Positions 19,917 through 29,747 of a stretch of 64,000 bases of DNA are shown piece after piece (the first letter of the stretch is position 1; each line of letters starts with the position of its first letter). This DNA is from Candidatus Hydrogenedentota bacterium (GTDB lineage Bacteria > Hydrogenedentota > Hydrogenedentia > Hydrogenedentales > JAEUWI01): contig JAXMOL010000003.1 in NCBI GenBank assembly GCA_034669905.1, positions 32,001 to 96,000 on the forward strand, written 5' to 3'. A program made the position numbers and the translations under genes. The notes under the pieces were generated by a model that did not search any database, was not told where the DNA came from, and saw only the letters and a program-made list of their open reading frames with translations.

Positions 19917-19950
19917 CCGCGCACGTAGCCATTACGTGCGCGGTGTTTTC
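19917..19950 (+). terminator. Rho-independent terminator after fdhA
   Basis: CCGCGCACGTA-gccat-TACGTGCGCGG followed by TGTTTTC. Confidence 0.7.
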
Positions 19951-20180
19951 GTTCAGGGACGTATTGCCGCAAGTACATGGGGCCGTAACCAAGAGTGCGG
20001 GCGGGCGAACCAAGACTGCGTGGGTTGGAGAGGAAAACACCAACGCGGCAACATGTCCCGGCCGTGTCAAACGACTTCGGGCTACTCGGGGAAACCCGCA
20101 CCCACAAAGGCGCTCGCGGAGCTCCCGTCTTTGAGGGTGGCACCCCCGAGAACACCCCCTTTCCTCCCAGCCCCCCCCAG

Positions 20181-20209
20181 AAAAAAGGCCCAGCGCTAAG
20201 CGCTGGGCC
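20181..20209 (-). terminator. Rho-independent terminator after the sialidase-like gene
   Basis: GGCCCAGCGC-tta-GCGCTGGGCC-TTTTTT on the minus strand. Confidence 0.85.
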
Positions 20210-20226
20210 CATAGACTTCCGGGGTA

Positions 20227-22779
20227 TCAGTCCAACTTCACCTTCGCCAGGTAGATACTCGTTTTCCCTTCGTGGGAGGCGTAGTAGCTGACCCACAGCA
20301 AATCATCGTGCCAGACGAGACCGGGGTAGCTGGTGTCGCCGCCAGAGGGGAGGCCGAGGAACTCGGTGAGTTTGCCCGTCTCGGGCTCTACCCAACACAG
20401 GGCCGTCCGCACGGGCGCGTCGTAGAGCCGCACCGCCGCCACCAGCCGTCCGTCGGGAAGCTCCATCATGGCGGGGCCACCGATTTTCATGCCGACCTCT
20501 TTCCAGGTCCAGTCGGTGTAGGGGGGCTGGGCTGTGCCGAACAATCCCTGGGTGCTCTTGGGCGCTTTTTCATCGCGGCGCAGGAGGCAGTAGGCGGTGT
20601 CGTCTTCGAGGAACACGATCTGGCTCTCGTTGGCGTATTCCTCGTCCCGAAGCGTGTCGACCAGCACGTCAAAGTTTGTGCCGTCTTCGCTCTTATAGAG
20701 CCGGGCAAAACGATGGGGCCATTTGTCGCCTGTTGTGTAGCCCACGCCATAGGCCGCGTCCTTGTGCCACGTGACCCGCCAGAGCCAGAGGTCCTTCTCG
20801 CCAATGGGCACGCCGTCGGTCCAGGTGCGGCCATCTTCTGAAAAGTAGGCCATGGTCTGGTGGCGGGCGTCGGCCGGTTGGTGCAGGGCCGCCGCACCGG
20901 TGAGCATAAGTTTGTTGTCGGGCGTAATGCAGATTTGGGCATCCCGCAGGTCCGCCGTCTCCGACGTAATCAAAGCGGCCGACGTCCACGTATCGCCGTC
21001 GGTGGAGGTGATGACCCGCAGCGCCCCGTCCTCGGACACATGGCCCTGGCCTTCCCGGAAGACGCAATACCACGCGTCCTTATAGCGAATGAGGTTGGTG
21101 AAGGCATTGTGGGGGGCCTCGTCCCAGATGCGGGCGTAGTCCACCAGCGTGGCCTTGGGCACCACACCCCGCTCGACGGGCATCCAGTGGATGCCCTTGG
21201 AGTTGGCCAGGAAGCGCTTCGCACGGATGTTGGAGTGCTCACCTTCTTCGTAGTAGACAATGAGGACCGTGCCATCCTTGAGGTTCACCATGGAGGGGTA
21301 GGAGCCAATATGGTTGTCCACGAGCACCGAATCACTCCACGTTTTGCCTTCGTCGAAGCTGTAGTGGAGGCTCGTTTGGGGCAGGCGGTGGGCGAGAATG
21401 AGGATGTCGTCTACCGTGCGGTGGAGATAGGGCGCGTGACCCGGGAAGCCATAGCGCTCCGAAATGCTCCAGGTCTTGCCGCCGTCCTTCGATTCGGACC
21501 ACGCCATGGAGTCTCCGCCGCTCCGCTGGGCCGCATGGAGGGTGCCGTCTTTCAATTCGATGAGGTCGGTCTCGGCGTCCAGGGGCATGCCGTTGTTGTC
21601 AATATCGACGGGCGTCTCCCAGGTGAGGCCGTCATCGTTGGAAAAGACCACGGCGCCATGGCTCAGGCTGTCGGTTTCCCGGTAGAGTCCCAGGGCCAGG
21701 CGGCCATCGGAAAGTTGGCGAATGGGCGAGCTACAATAGTAATCCGACGTAATCAGGCGGGGCTCCGACCAGGTCTTGCCGAGGTCGTCGGAGTGGACCA
21801 CCCAGGAGCCGATACCCTTCCAGGGGGGCTGCTGACCTTCGGCCCGCACGAGGGTGAAGTAGTTGCACAGGAGGCGTCCGCTCTTCGTCTGGACGATGGA
21901 GGGATCGCGATCATCGTCCGGGCCATCGTAGAGGGTTTCGGCCGGGCTCCACGTACGCCCTTCGTCGCTGGAGAGGCTATAGGAAATGCGCCCGCCCTTG
22001 GGAAGCGCTTCATTGGGCAGGGCCACGTGGCCATAGCCCGCGTAGAAGACTGTCATGAGCCGGCCATCGCTCAGGCGACAGACATCGGGAAAGGCTTCAT
22101 AGGCCCCGGCACCCGCATCGGTGCAGACATAGACAAAATCGTCGGGCGGGGGCGCGGGCAGGCTGAAGTCTTGCGCCGCCTTCGTGGCTTCGCCCGTGAC
22201 CACGATATCTTTCACGCGGGCAAGTCCCTGTCCCGCGTAAAAACCTACGCGCCCTTTCTTGAGGGTGGCGTCTTTGGCCTCGTAGAGGAGGGTGCCGTTG
22301 AGGAAAACACGGAGGGTGTCGCCTTCGCACTGCAGTTCGCCCTCGTGCCATTCTCCGGCAGGCTTGTCCAGATTGCCCACCCGCTTGATTTCATTCCACG
22401 ACTGGCCCTTGTCCGAACGAACCAGAATGGCTTGCCCCTTGTCATAGTGGACGTAGTAATAGTGGTCGCCATCGCCCGCGCGGACCACGAAGCCACAGGC
22501 GAGGACGCCGTGGGCCTGGGGGTCGACCTTGAACTTGGCCTTCAGGGACACATCAGCCCACTCGAGCGGGAGGTAAAAGGCTTTGGTCGGCGCTATCCGG
22601 CCATCTAAGACCAGCTCGCCTTTGTCGATTCGGGCCTTGTCATCATAAAGGGCCCACTCCTTCGCGGCGTCCTTTTTCGAAAGATCGATGGCGTGTTCTG
22701 CGGCATGGGTCAAACCGGGCAACGCCGCAGATAGCGCGAAGAGTAGGCAACACAAAGAAAAACGGGACAGATTAATCAT
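20227..22779 (-). CDS. Secreted sialidase/BNR-repeat protein: DUF1080-like lectin domain plus two Asp-box beta-propellers
   Basis: Signal peptide; KGRVGFY-ending beta-sandwich; Asp-boxes SSDEGRTWS, SDDLGKTWS, SNDDGLTWE, SKDGGKTWS, SFDEGKTWS, STDGDTWT, SEDGRTWT; GGDTSYPG. Confidence 0.85.
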   Translation of the reverse strand: MINLSRFSLCCLLFALSAALPGLTHAAEHAIDLSKKDAAKEWALYDDKARIDKGELVLDGRIAPTKAFYLPLEWADVSLKAKFKVDPQAHGVLACGFVVRAGDGDHYYYVHYDKGQAILVRSDKGQSWNEIKRVGNLDKPAGEWHEGELQCEGDTLRVFLNGTLLYEAKDATLKKGRVGFYAGQGLARVKDIVVTGEATKAAQDFSLPAPPPDDFVYVCTDAGAGAYEAFPDVCRLSDGRLMTVFYAGYGHVALPNEALPKGGRISYSLSSDEGRTWSPAETLYDGPDDDRDPSIVQTKSGRLLCNYFTLVRAEGQQPPWKGIGSWVVHSDDLGKTWSEPRLITSDYYCSSPIRQLSDGRLALGLYRETDSLSHGAVVFSNDDGLTWETPVDIDNNGMPLDAETDLIELKDGTLHAAQRSGGDSMAWSESKDGGKTWSISERYGFPGHAPYLHRTVDDILILAHRLPQTSLHYSFDEGKTWSDSVLVDNHIGSYPSMVNLKDGTVLIVYYEEGEHSNIRAKRFLANSKGIHWMPVERGVVPKATLVDYARIWDEAPHNAFTNLIRYKDAWYCVFREGQGHVSEDGALRVITSTDGDTWTSAALITSETADLRDAQICITPDNKLMLTGAAALHQPADARHQTMAYFSEDGRTWTDGVPIGEKDLWLWRVTWHKDAAYGVGYTTGDKWPHRFARLYKSEDGTNFDVLVDTLRDEEYANESQIVFLEDDTAYCLLRRDEKAPKSTQGLFGTAQPPYTDWTWKEVGMKIGGPAMMELPDGRLVAAVRLYDAPVRTALCWVEPETGKLTEFLGLPSGGDTSYPGLVWHDDLLWVSYYASHEGKTSIYLAKVKLD

Positions 22780-23110
22780 GGGGTAAGCTCCAAAGGGCGT
22801 TAAGTTGTTATAACCAATTATAGGTAGCGCCCACCCAGATTACAACCTGGAGCCAAGCTGGGACTGCCTCGAAATCGAGTAAATGATCGGGACGGAGCAA
22901 TGGCGGGATCGCCACACGTGATAAACCCAACGCGCGACAACCACTCATTTCGAGGCTGTACCGGCAGTACGTCGCGACGCCGTTAGAGAAAGGCGACAGG
23001 ACGACTATCAATTCGCGGCGTCTAGGCTTTCTTATGTCCTCGTATCCACTATACAAGCCGTGCACCAAGCCGTAGGGGACTTGCCGGTGACGGACCGCCC
23101 CAAACAGGAT

Positions 23111-23285
23111 CGCGGACATTCCTGTCCGCGGCGAAGGGTACCGGCATCCCTCGACTTGCGTGGCAGTATTCTGCCGTCGGCCGAATTTTCAAACATCCCA
23201 ATTTCTAAAAGATTCGACGTACTACAACGAACTTTTGGGGGCCAGGGTTTTGGAGCTCCTTGTGCCGCGGACAGGAATGTCCGCG
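23111..23285. repeat. REP doublet (REPIN-like): 22-bp perfect inverted repeats
   Basis: CGCGGACATTCCTGTCCGCGGC (23111-23132) and GCCGCGGACAGGAATGTCCGCG (23264-23285). Each arm is itself an imperfect palindrome. Confidence 0.85.
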
Positions 23286-23402
23286 CTCCTTGGGACGCCA
23301 GCCTTGGTGCGGATACATCTCCAAGATGACGTGCAACAGGGTCCCGGCGTATACTGTCGCCATCCCAACGACGTAACCCAAAATGCAAGGAACCTTTGCC
23401 CC

Positions 23403-23978
23403 ATGCGCATCGAAAATCCTACCTCCATGGTCGATCACTTGCTACGCCAGACCCGGGTCCATCACGCCCAACTCAGCACCATGGCCGACGTGAAGGCCAA
23501 CATGATGCTGACGGTGGCCTCGGTGATTCTGACCTACACGGTGGGTTACCTGACCGACCCGGCCTATCAATGGGGTGCCTTGACCCTCATTTTCTTTTGC
23601 ATGGCCAGCATCGTGGCGGCCATTTATGCCACCATGCCGCGGGTGGCCCTGCCCGGAAAAAAGCCGAAAGTGACGGCGAAGGATTCGGGATTCAATCTCC
23701 TGTTCTTCGGGAGCTTTATCCACCTCAGCTACGAGGAATTCAGCGAATCGATGGAAACCCTGCTCAACGACCCGGGCGAAGCGGGCGACGCCATGGTGCG
23801 CGAGATTTATACCCTGGGCACCTTCCTCGCCTATAAGAAATACCGCTTTCTCCGTTGGGCCTACATGCTCTTTCTCAGTGGGCTCTTGACGGCCGGGCTG
23901 GTGCAGGCCATCGTGCTCACCCTCCGTAACCTGGGCTATGAGGTCTGGCATCTGGACTTCACCCCGCCGGTAGGGTAG
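23403..23978 (+). CDS. Pycsar-effector-like membrane protein (PycTM/DUF5706 family)
   Basis: HAQLSTMADVKANMML, MPR...NLLFFGSF, EIYTLG...KKYRFLRWAY, three TM segments. Confidence 0.8.
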   Translation: MRIENPTSMVDHLLRQTRVHHAQLSTMADVKANMMLTVASVILTYTVGYLTDPAYQWGALTLIFFCMASIVAAIYATMPRVALPGKKPKVTAKDSGFNLLFFGSFIHLSYEEFSESMETLLNDPGEAGDAMVREIYTLGTFLAYKKYRFLRWAYMLFLSGLLTAGLVQAIVLTLRNLGYEVWHLDFTPPVG

Positions 23979-24040
23979 GGGTTGTAGTGAGATTGGGAGA
24001 TCCATTTTTTCCCGCGATGTTCATCGGAAGTGCTGGGTTA

Positions 24041-24122
24041 TTCCCCTCCTGGGAGGGGTCAGGGGTGGGTTTGCGACAATTTTCGTGACTTGACCCACCC
24101 CCAGCCCCTCCGAGGAGGGGAG
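24041..24122. repeat. REP doublet (second family)
   Basis: TTCCCCTCCTGGGAGGGGTCAGGGGTGGGT ... ACCCACCCCCAGCCCCTCCGAGGAGGGGAG form an inverted pair. Confidence 0.85.
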
Positions 24123-24184
24123 TTGTTGTCGAAATCTCTTGGGATTGTGGCAGGAACGTAATGGCTCCAATTGGATGGCGTAAA

Positions 24185-25153
24185 TCACGTTGCTATCTCC
24201 TGCGTCGTCTCCCGTGACACCCGCCAGGCCACCAGGGGCACGAGGGCCAGGTAGAGGGGCCAGAGGAAGCGTCCACTCATAAAGGCCGACGTCACGCCAT
24301 AGGCAAAGAGCAGGAGGCACGGCAGGGCAAGGGACATGACAAAAGCCCTTAACGGCGCGGGCACAGGCCCGTTTCTGGTCGGAAAAATGCAAAGCACCAG
24401 CAGCGGCCCCACCGTCAGGCTGACCGTAGCCCACGAAACCGGACGGCTCAGGTTGTCCATCATCCGCCCCCAGGTGGGCTTCCAGAAATAGGGCGGAAGA
24501 TCGGCAAAGTAGCCCCGCGTCGCTCCGGCGGCCAGAAGGGTGCTGACGCTGATGATTCCCAGCGCGGGGAGCCATCCGGGACGTCGGGTTTGCGCGAAGT
24601 AGAGAACCATCACGGGGAGCATAAGCAGGGTGCTCTCCCGCACGACGGCGCCGACAACGAGTAGTAGCCCCAACACCAGATAGGCGTGGTGATACAGGGC
24701 AAGACAGGCGGCGGTTACCACGAGGAAGCCTGCGGCATCCGTCAATACCGCCGAGCCGTAGTTCACGGTGGGGAAGGAACACACCAGCAGCCATGCGGCC
24801 ACGTGGAGCTGGCGCTGGGTCTCCAGAAAATTCGCCCAGAGTCGCACCGCCAGGAGATAGGCCCCGCAAGTGGCCGCCACGCTGCACGTGGCGATAGCGA
24901 CAGCCGGCGAAGGGAGGGGGAGCCATGCCGCAATCCACGGCACCAGCAAGCGAAAGGCGAAGGGCGTGTGGAGGGCAACCCGGTCCAGTTCCCCCTGAAA
25001 ATACCGCGCCAGGTCCGTGTAGTAGATCGAGTCGGGCGTCGTGTGGGCGAAGCGGGGCAAGGCCAGCAGCAGGGTGCCCACCACGATGCTCCCTGCGAGG
25101 GTGCCGGTGAGACGTGGTGGTGGTGTACGCGATGGGGTCTGGGCCTGATTCAC
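24185..25153 (-). CDS. GT-C-fold-like membrane protein (lipid-carrier-dependent glycosyltransferase-like)
   Basis: First-loop PDSIYY...PFAFRLLVP, LTD and RES motifs, about 9 TMs. Start uncertain (GTG 25153, or up to 25213). Confidence 0.6.
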   Translation of the reverse strand: MNQAQTPSRTPPPRLTGTLAGSIVVGTLLLALPRFAHTTPDSIYYTDLARYFQGELDRVALHTPFAFRLLVPWIAAWLPLPSPAVAIATCSVAATCGAYLLAVRLWANFLETQRQLHVAAWLLVCSFPTVNYGSAVLTDAAGFLVVTAACLALYHHAYLVLGLLLVVGAVVRESTLLMLPVMVLYFAQTRRPGWLPALGIISVSTLLAAGATRGYFADLPPYFWKPTWGRMMDNLSRPVSWATVSLTVGPLLVLCIFPTRNGPVPAPLRAFVMSLALPCLLLFAYGVTSAFMSGRFLWPLYLALVPLVAWRVSRETTQEIAT

Positions 25154-25257
25154 CGAAAGGAGTTCCTGCCTGCTTTGGATTGCGTGCAATACTGTCGTGT
25201 CGGAGTGTAGCATTGACGGGCCGATGCAACAACCGTCGGGGAGGAGAGGAACCTTTC

Positions 25258-27741
25258 ATGAGTACCACGTCGCTTGAATCACTCACCAACGAATCCAATG
25301 CGGAAGCCGAAACATTGGCTCCCCCCAACGACTCGGGACGCTTCCTGGCGGGCCTGCTGTTGGTTGGACTGCTGATTGCCCATGTCGTCTTGAACTTATG
25401 GTGGCTGGACGCCGATAACCATACGATTCGGACCGACGAAGAAGGGCATATGCTCCTGGCGCGGACCTACTACGACACGCTTTTTGTGAAATCTTATGAC
25501 GGGCCCATGGAACGCGTCATCGCGATCTCCCAGATTCGCCCCGGCAATCCAGCCCATCCGCCCCTTTTCCATGTGGCGGGTGCCGTAATGATTGCGGTCT
25601 TTGGTTACAGCACCGACACGATCGCGCTGACCAGTACGGTGTTTTTTGTGCTGCTGCTGCTCGGCTGCTACCGCCTCGCCCGGAGCTTCCTCGACCCCTG
25701 GCAAAGTCTCTTTGCCGTCTTCGTCGTGAGCCTTACGCCCATGGTGTTCGCATCGTCCCGGTATTTCATGACCGACTATGCCTCGGCGACCGTGGTGGTC
25801 TGGTCCGTCTACGCCCTGATTCGAAGCAATGGTTTTCACCGCCCGGGCTGGGTCTTTTTCTTCGGCCTGTTCAACGGCCTCGGTATCCTCTTTCGCACCA
25901 TTACCTTCGCCTACCTCCTCTTTCCGGCCCTCCTTGCTGCAATCATCGGGCTGGTAGTGCTTGTCCGGGAGCGTCGCTCCCTCGATTTGAGTCGTCCGAC
26001 TTTCGGGGGCTGGGTCGTTAACCTGCTCATGGCCCTCACTGTCAGCGTCGGTGTCTTCGCGCCCTGGTACTACACCAACCTCGAGCCCTTCTACGACTAC
26101 TGGGCGAACAAAGAAATCGGAAATGGCCGGGGACCCTTGACCCAGTTTATCCCACCAGCCCCTGCCGTGGTGCCCCCCGCCACCCCAACGGATTCCGATG
26201 CCGTACCCACCATCATTCCGCCCGTGGCGCCAGCTGTTGACCCGGTTACCTATGCGCTTGAAAAGGTGAAACATCCCCAGGTGGCGTGGATTCGCTATCC
26301 CGTTTATGTAAACAACAACGGGCTCTTTATCGTGTTGTCCGCCCTGGCGCTTCTGGGGATGGTGACGGCCTGGTTCCGTCGGCAATTCCGCAGCAGCGCG
26401 ATGCTTTATCTCTATGCCTGGATTTTCGGAAGTTGGCTCTTCTTCACCGTCATGCTGCGCTCGGGCACGCCCCGCTACGCCTTGCCGGTAGCCCCGGCAC
26501 TTGCCCTCTTTGCCGCCTTCTTCGTGTTGGTCTTGCCCGGGCGCTGGATTCGTTTCGCCGGTGCCGCCGTGCTTGGCGTGGTCCTGTCTGCCCAGTACGC
26601 CAACATGACCATTGCATCCTTCGCAACGCCCGAGGCGCCCCAGGTCGCCGTGCCTGAACTCCAGGCGGAAGCCCGCCACTTTGTGGATGACGGCCTGGTG
26701 ATTTACAAGGATCACGTGACCCTGGGCTTCTCCTACTCCCATCTCGGCGTGCCCCAGACGGACAATTATAAAGAGCGCTTTATCGAGGCCATGCTGTCCC
26801 ACGAAAAGACCCTCCCCGTGCGGGAAGGGCAATACGCCAACTATCAGAAGCTCGGACTGCGGGGCATGCCTCTCTACGAGCAGCACTACTGGCCCGGCGA
26901 GAATCCCTATCGTCTCGAAAGCCTCACCGACGCGGATATGCCGGAGCGTCGATTGCGTCTGATCCACATGGGCCTGGAGCCCGCGCACCTGCTCGCCCAG
27001 TTGCCCGAGACGGACTACATCCTCTATCAGGTGGATGCCGCCCACGTGGCCCGCGTGGCCGAATATGAAGCCTACTTCGCGGCCCACGGCTTTGAGGCCA
27101 TCGCCCAGTTTGAGGTGCCGTCCTTCGGCTGGGTGCCCCGCACCATCAACGGCGTACTCGCGAAAAGTCTCTCCGGGGAGCTGGTCAACGTCAACGCCAC
27201 CACCATCGCGGAGATGAATCTCTACGATCTCCACGAGCTTAGCGAGTCGGCCGATTTCGTGCGCCTTCCCGCCGCGCTTCAGGAGCAGGTGAAGACGACC
27301 TTCGAAACGAAGCTTGCGGCCATTGCGAATCCCTTCGCCCTCAGCCCGGGTGTTACCTTTATGGCGGCCGAGGTGACCCGGTTGGCCGACGGTATGTTCC
27401 AGTTTCGTCTGGTGTTTCACGTCGAGTCAGCCATGGATCGCGATTGGCGCATGCTCTTCCATGGCTTCGTCAAAGAAGAAGATGTGCCCCGCCTCCCCGA
27501 AGAGAAGCAGGCCCAGGGCTATATGGATTGGAATTTCGCACCCAACCCACCCACTAGCACCTGGGAGCCCGGGAAATATGTGGTGCTGACCCATAGCATT
27601 GAGGCGACCCCCATGGTCTACCAAATCAAGTTTGGCCTCTTTCAGGAGTCCACCCTCTTCGGCCAGACCGCCTTGCTCAAGCCCATGGACCTGGCTGCGA
27701 TTCCCGCGGAACCCGTGGCAGCCGACGGAAACGCGCCTTAG
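25258..27741 (+). CDS. ArnT/GT39-like (PMT_2) glycosyltransferase with large C-terminal extracytoplasmic domain
   Basis: RTDEEGH loop after TM1, HPPLF, SRYFMTD, PRYALP, about 12 TMs. Confidence 0.8.
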   Translation: MSTTSLESLTNESNAEAETLAPPNDSGRFLAGLLLVGLLIAHVVLNLWWLDADNHTIRTDEEGHMLLARTYYDTLFVKSYDGPMERVIAISQIRPGNPAHPPLFHVAGAVMIAVFGYSTDTIALTSTVFFVLLLLGCYRLARSFLDPWQSLFAVFVVSLTPMVFASSRYFMTDYASATVVVWSVYALIRSNGFHRPGWVFFFGLFNGLGILFRTITFAYLLFPALLAAIIGLVVLVRERRSLDLSRPTFGGWVVNLLMALTVSVGVFAPWYYTNLEPFYDYWANKEIGNGRGPLTQFIPPAPAVVPPATPTDSDAVPTIIPPVAPAVDPVTYALEKVKHPQVAWIRYPVYVNNNGLFIVLSALALLGMVTAWFRRQFRSSAMLYLYAWIFGSWLFFTVMLRSGTPRYALPVAPALALFAAFFVLVLPGRWIRFAGAAVLGVVLSAQYANMTIASFATPEAPQVAVPELQAEARHFVDDGLVIYKDHVTLGFSYSHLGVPQTDNYKERFIEAMLSHEKTLPVREGQYANYQKLGLRGMPLYEQHYWPGENPYRLESLTDADMPERRLRLIHMGLEPAHLLAQLPETDYILYQVDAAHVARVAEYEAYFAAHGFEAIAQFEVPSFGWVPRTINGVLAKSLSGELVNVNATTIAEMNLYDLHELSESADFVRLPAALQEQVKTTFETKLAAIANPFALSPGVTFMAAEVTRLADGMFQFRLVFHVESAMDRDWRMLFHGFVKEEDVPRLPEEKQAQGYMDWNFAPNPPTSTWEPGKYVVLTHSIEATPMVYQIKFGLFQESTLFGQTALLKPMDLAAIPAEPVAADGNAP

Positions 27742-29747
27742 TCGGGCACCACGCTAAGCGACACGGCTTCTTCAGGCGTTAGGGTAAATCGCACGGTGGC
27801 CCGCGGTCCGGTCACTTCCAGCGGAATGCGCTGTGTGCCACACGTAACCGTGTAGGTGCCCGGTTTGAGCAGATAGAATTCGGCACCCATGCTGCGCGGT
27901 TGATCGCCAAAATGATAGAGCTTCGCCGTAAAGCGATCCGTCCCCGAGTCAGTGACCAGGGCCGCAATATTGCGGGAAGGGGTCAGCCAGCGTACGGCGT
28001 TCATGGGGAAGTAACCTGCCGTGCCGGGGTCTCCGGTGACCGTGGCATAGAGGAGGCCAGGGTCGGGCTGACCAATGCCGGGCACGGCCTCCGCCGTCAT
28101 GAGACCCCCGCGATACAGGGCAGGAAGGCGCAAGACGCGATCGGTATAGCGCACCTCGCTCGTGTAGCCGGGGTAGTTGGTTCCCAGGGCGGTCGCCGTT
28201 TGCTGGAGGGCCGAGATGACCGGTGCGTCGTCACCCCAGAAGCGATAGCGGGCATAGGTAGATGCGCCCGATTTTAACAGCGTATCGAACTCGGTACTTC
28301 CCGTGAGCAAACGATATTTCGACAGGGCACTCGACAGGTTACCCATACGCTTGGCGCTCCATGCGGCCGAGCCCGGTTCCGGCGTTTCCGCTGGGGGATT
28401 CTGCAGGTAGTCAAGGCGTAGTTGGGCCATACTGCGCAGGGGCGTGAGATATTTCTCCTCACCGGTGACGTGGTAGGTCAAGAGCAGGGTATGGGTCATT
28501 TGCGTCATGGCGCTGGGAAACACATAGAGCGGATCCATCGTGTGGTTTTCCGGGTCCCACCAGTGCTCGCCCACGCCACCGACGGTGCCCTCCGGCCAGT
28601 GAATGGCACTGGGGATAACCCCCGCAGGCTTGCCCCGCTCGGCCCGTGCCGTGGCATCCACCCAGGTGTCCATCCAATCCGAAATAAATCGGGTCAGCGC
28701 CGGGTCACCCGTCCGTTGCCAGAGGAGGAGGGCGGGTTGGAGCACCCGGGGGTGGTATACGGTATCGCAGGCCCGTTTCGGCTGGGTATCAATCTGGTCG
28801 ATGGCGAAGTACGTGCTTTTATACTGGAGCTGACCCCGTTCATTGCGTCCCATCCACAGTTCCTGGCTCAACTCCACCATGCGCAACGCACGTTGTTGCC
28901 AGACCGCGCTCTCTGGCGCAAGATGGAGCATGGGCGTGATGACATCAGAGGAGTCTTCCGAGGTGTGCTCCACGTCGGAGAGGTGGTGGGTATACCCGCC
29001 CTCCATATGGGGTTGTGCCAGGAGAGCCGCGGAAAAGGATTCCTGTGCAGCGCGGATTTTAGGGTCCTCAAAGCCGATGAGAATGGCCGTCCAGAATCGC
29101 CACATCTCGCAGTCATCACCCCAGCCTCCCCCATAGGGCCCCCCCTCCTGGAGACGGTGGTCGATCCACCAGTGGATGATGTCGGTCAGGCGCTCCAGTC
29201 CTTCTCGCTGCGCCACCGCCCAGGCGGGTGCGCTGTCGGGTGTACGGTAGGTCGTGGCAGGAGGCATGGGGGTGCCGAGATACATGGGCGCCAGGGGCTC
29301 TTCGGGAAAGGCCTGATGGGCCCGTTCGAAAAGGTCGCGAATTCGTTCCATCCGCGCGCGCAGAACCGTCCGATCCTTCCAATAGCGGCCATGTTCCATC
29401 GTTACCCAGATGAGCATCCGGGCCCGATAGAGATGGGTCAGGGGGTAGAAGAGCGAGTCCGCTGCGATGCCAAAGTCGTAGTCATCATGTTTGAGGAGTG
29501 CCCCGTTGAAGTAATCGAGCTGGGTCGCGTTCAGGTAACGGTCCACTTCCTCGGTAAAGCGCTCGGCCTCTTTTCGCTGGGCTGGGCTCAGCTCGGGATG
29601 GGCGGTCAATTCCTGCAACACGAGGAGCCGTGCCGCATCGGAGGGGGCATTGCCGGCCTTCGCGATGAGCTCCTGCACGGTTGCGCCGTGGCTGACAAAG
29701 GTGGCCGACACCCATAGCAGTAAGAGAACAGAGAAACGAATAGACAT
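27738..29747 (-). CDS. Secreted hypothetical protein, possibly an alpha/alpha-barrel carbohydrate-active enzyme
   Basis: Signal peptide MSIRFSVLLLLWVSATFVSHG with AGGAG RBS; W/D/H-rich motifs GGGWGDDCEMWR and SDVEHTSED. Confidence 0.6.
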   Translation of the reverse strand: MSIRFSVLLLLWVSATFVSHGATVQELIAKAGNAPSDAARLLVLQELTAHPELSPAQRKEAERFTEEVDRYLNATQLDYFNGALLKHDDYDFGIAADSLFYPLTHLYRARMLIWVTMEHGRYWKDRTVLRARMERIRDLFERAHQAFPEEPLAPMYLGTPMPPATTYRTPDSAPAWAVAQREGLERLTDIIHWWIDHRLQEGGPYGGGWGDDCEMWRFWTAILIGFEDPKIRAAQESFSAALLAQPHMEGGYTHHLSDVEHTSEDSSDVITPMLHLAPESAVWQQRALRMVELSQELWMGRNERGQLQYKSTYFAIDQIDTQPKRACDTVYHPRVLQPALLLWQRTGDPALTRFISDWMDTWVDATARAERGKPAGVIPSAIHWPEGTVGGVGEHWWDPENHTMDPLYVFPSAMTQMTHTLLLTYHVTGEEKYLTPLRSMAQLRLDYLQNPPAETPEPGSAAWSAKRMGNLSSALSKYRLLTGSTEFDTLLKSGASTYARYRFWGDDAPVISALQQTATALGTNYPGYTSEVRYTDRVLRLPALYRGGLMTAEAVPGIGQPDPGLLYATVTGDPGTAGYFPMNAVRWLTPSRNIAALVTDSGTDRFTAKLYHFGDQPRSMGAEFYLLKPGTYTVTCGTQRIPLEVTGPRATVRFTLTPEEAVSLSVVPD

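Noticed and set aside
22800..23402. Decayed Pycsar cyclase, or N-terminal extension of the effector from 23160
   Set aside because: No class III cyclase motifs in the ORF-track translations. The extension runs through a REP element, so ATG 23403 is the likelier start.
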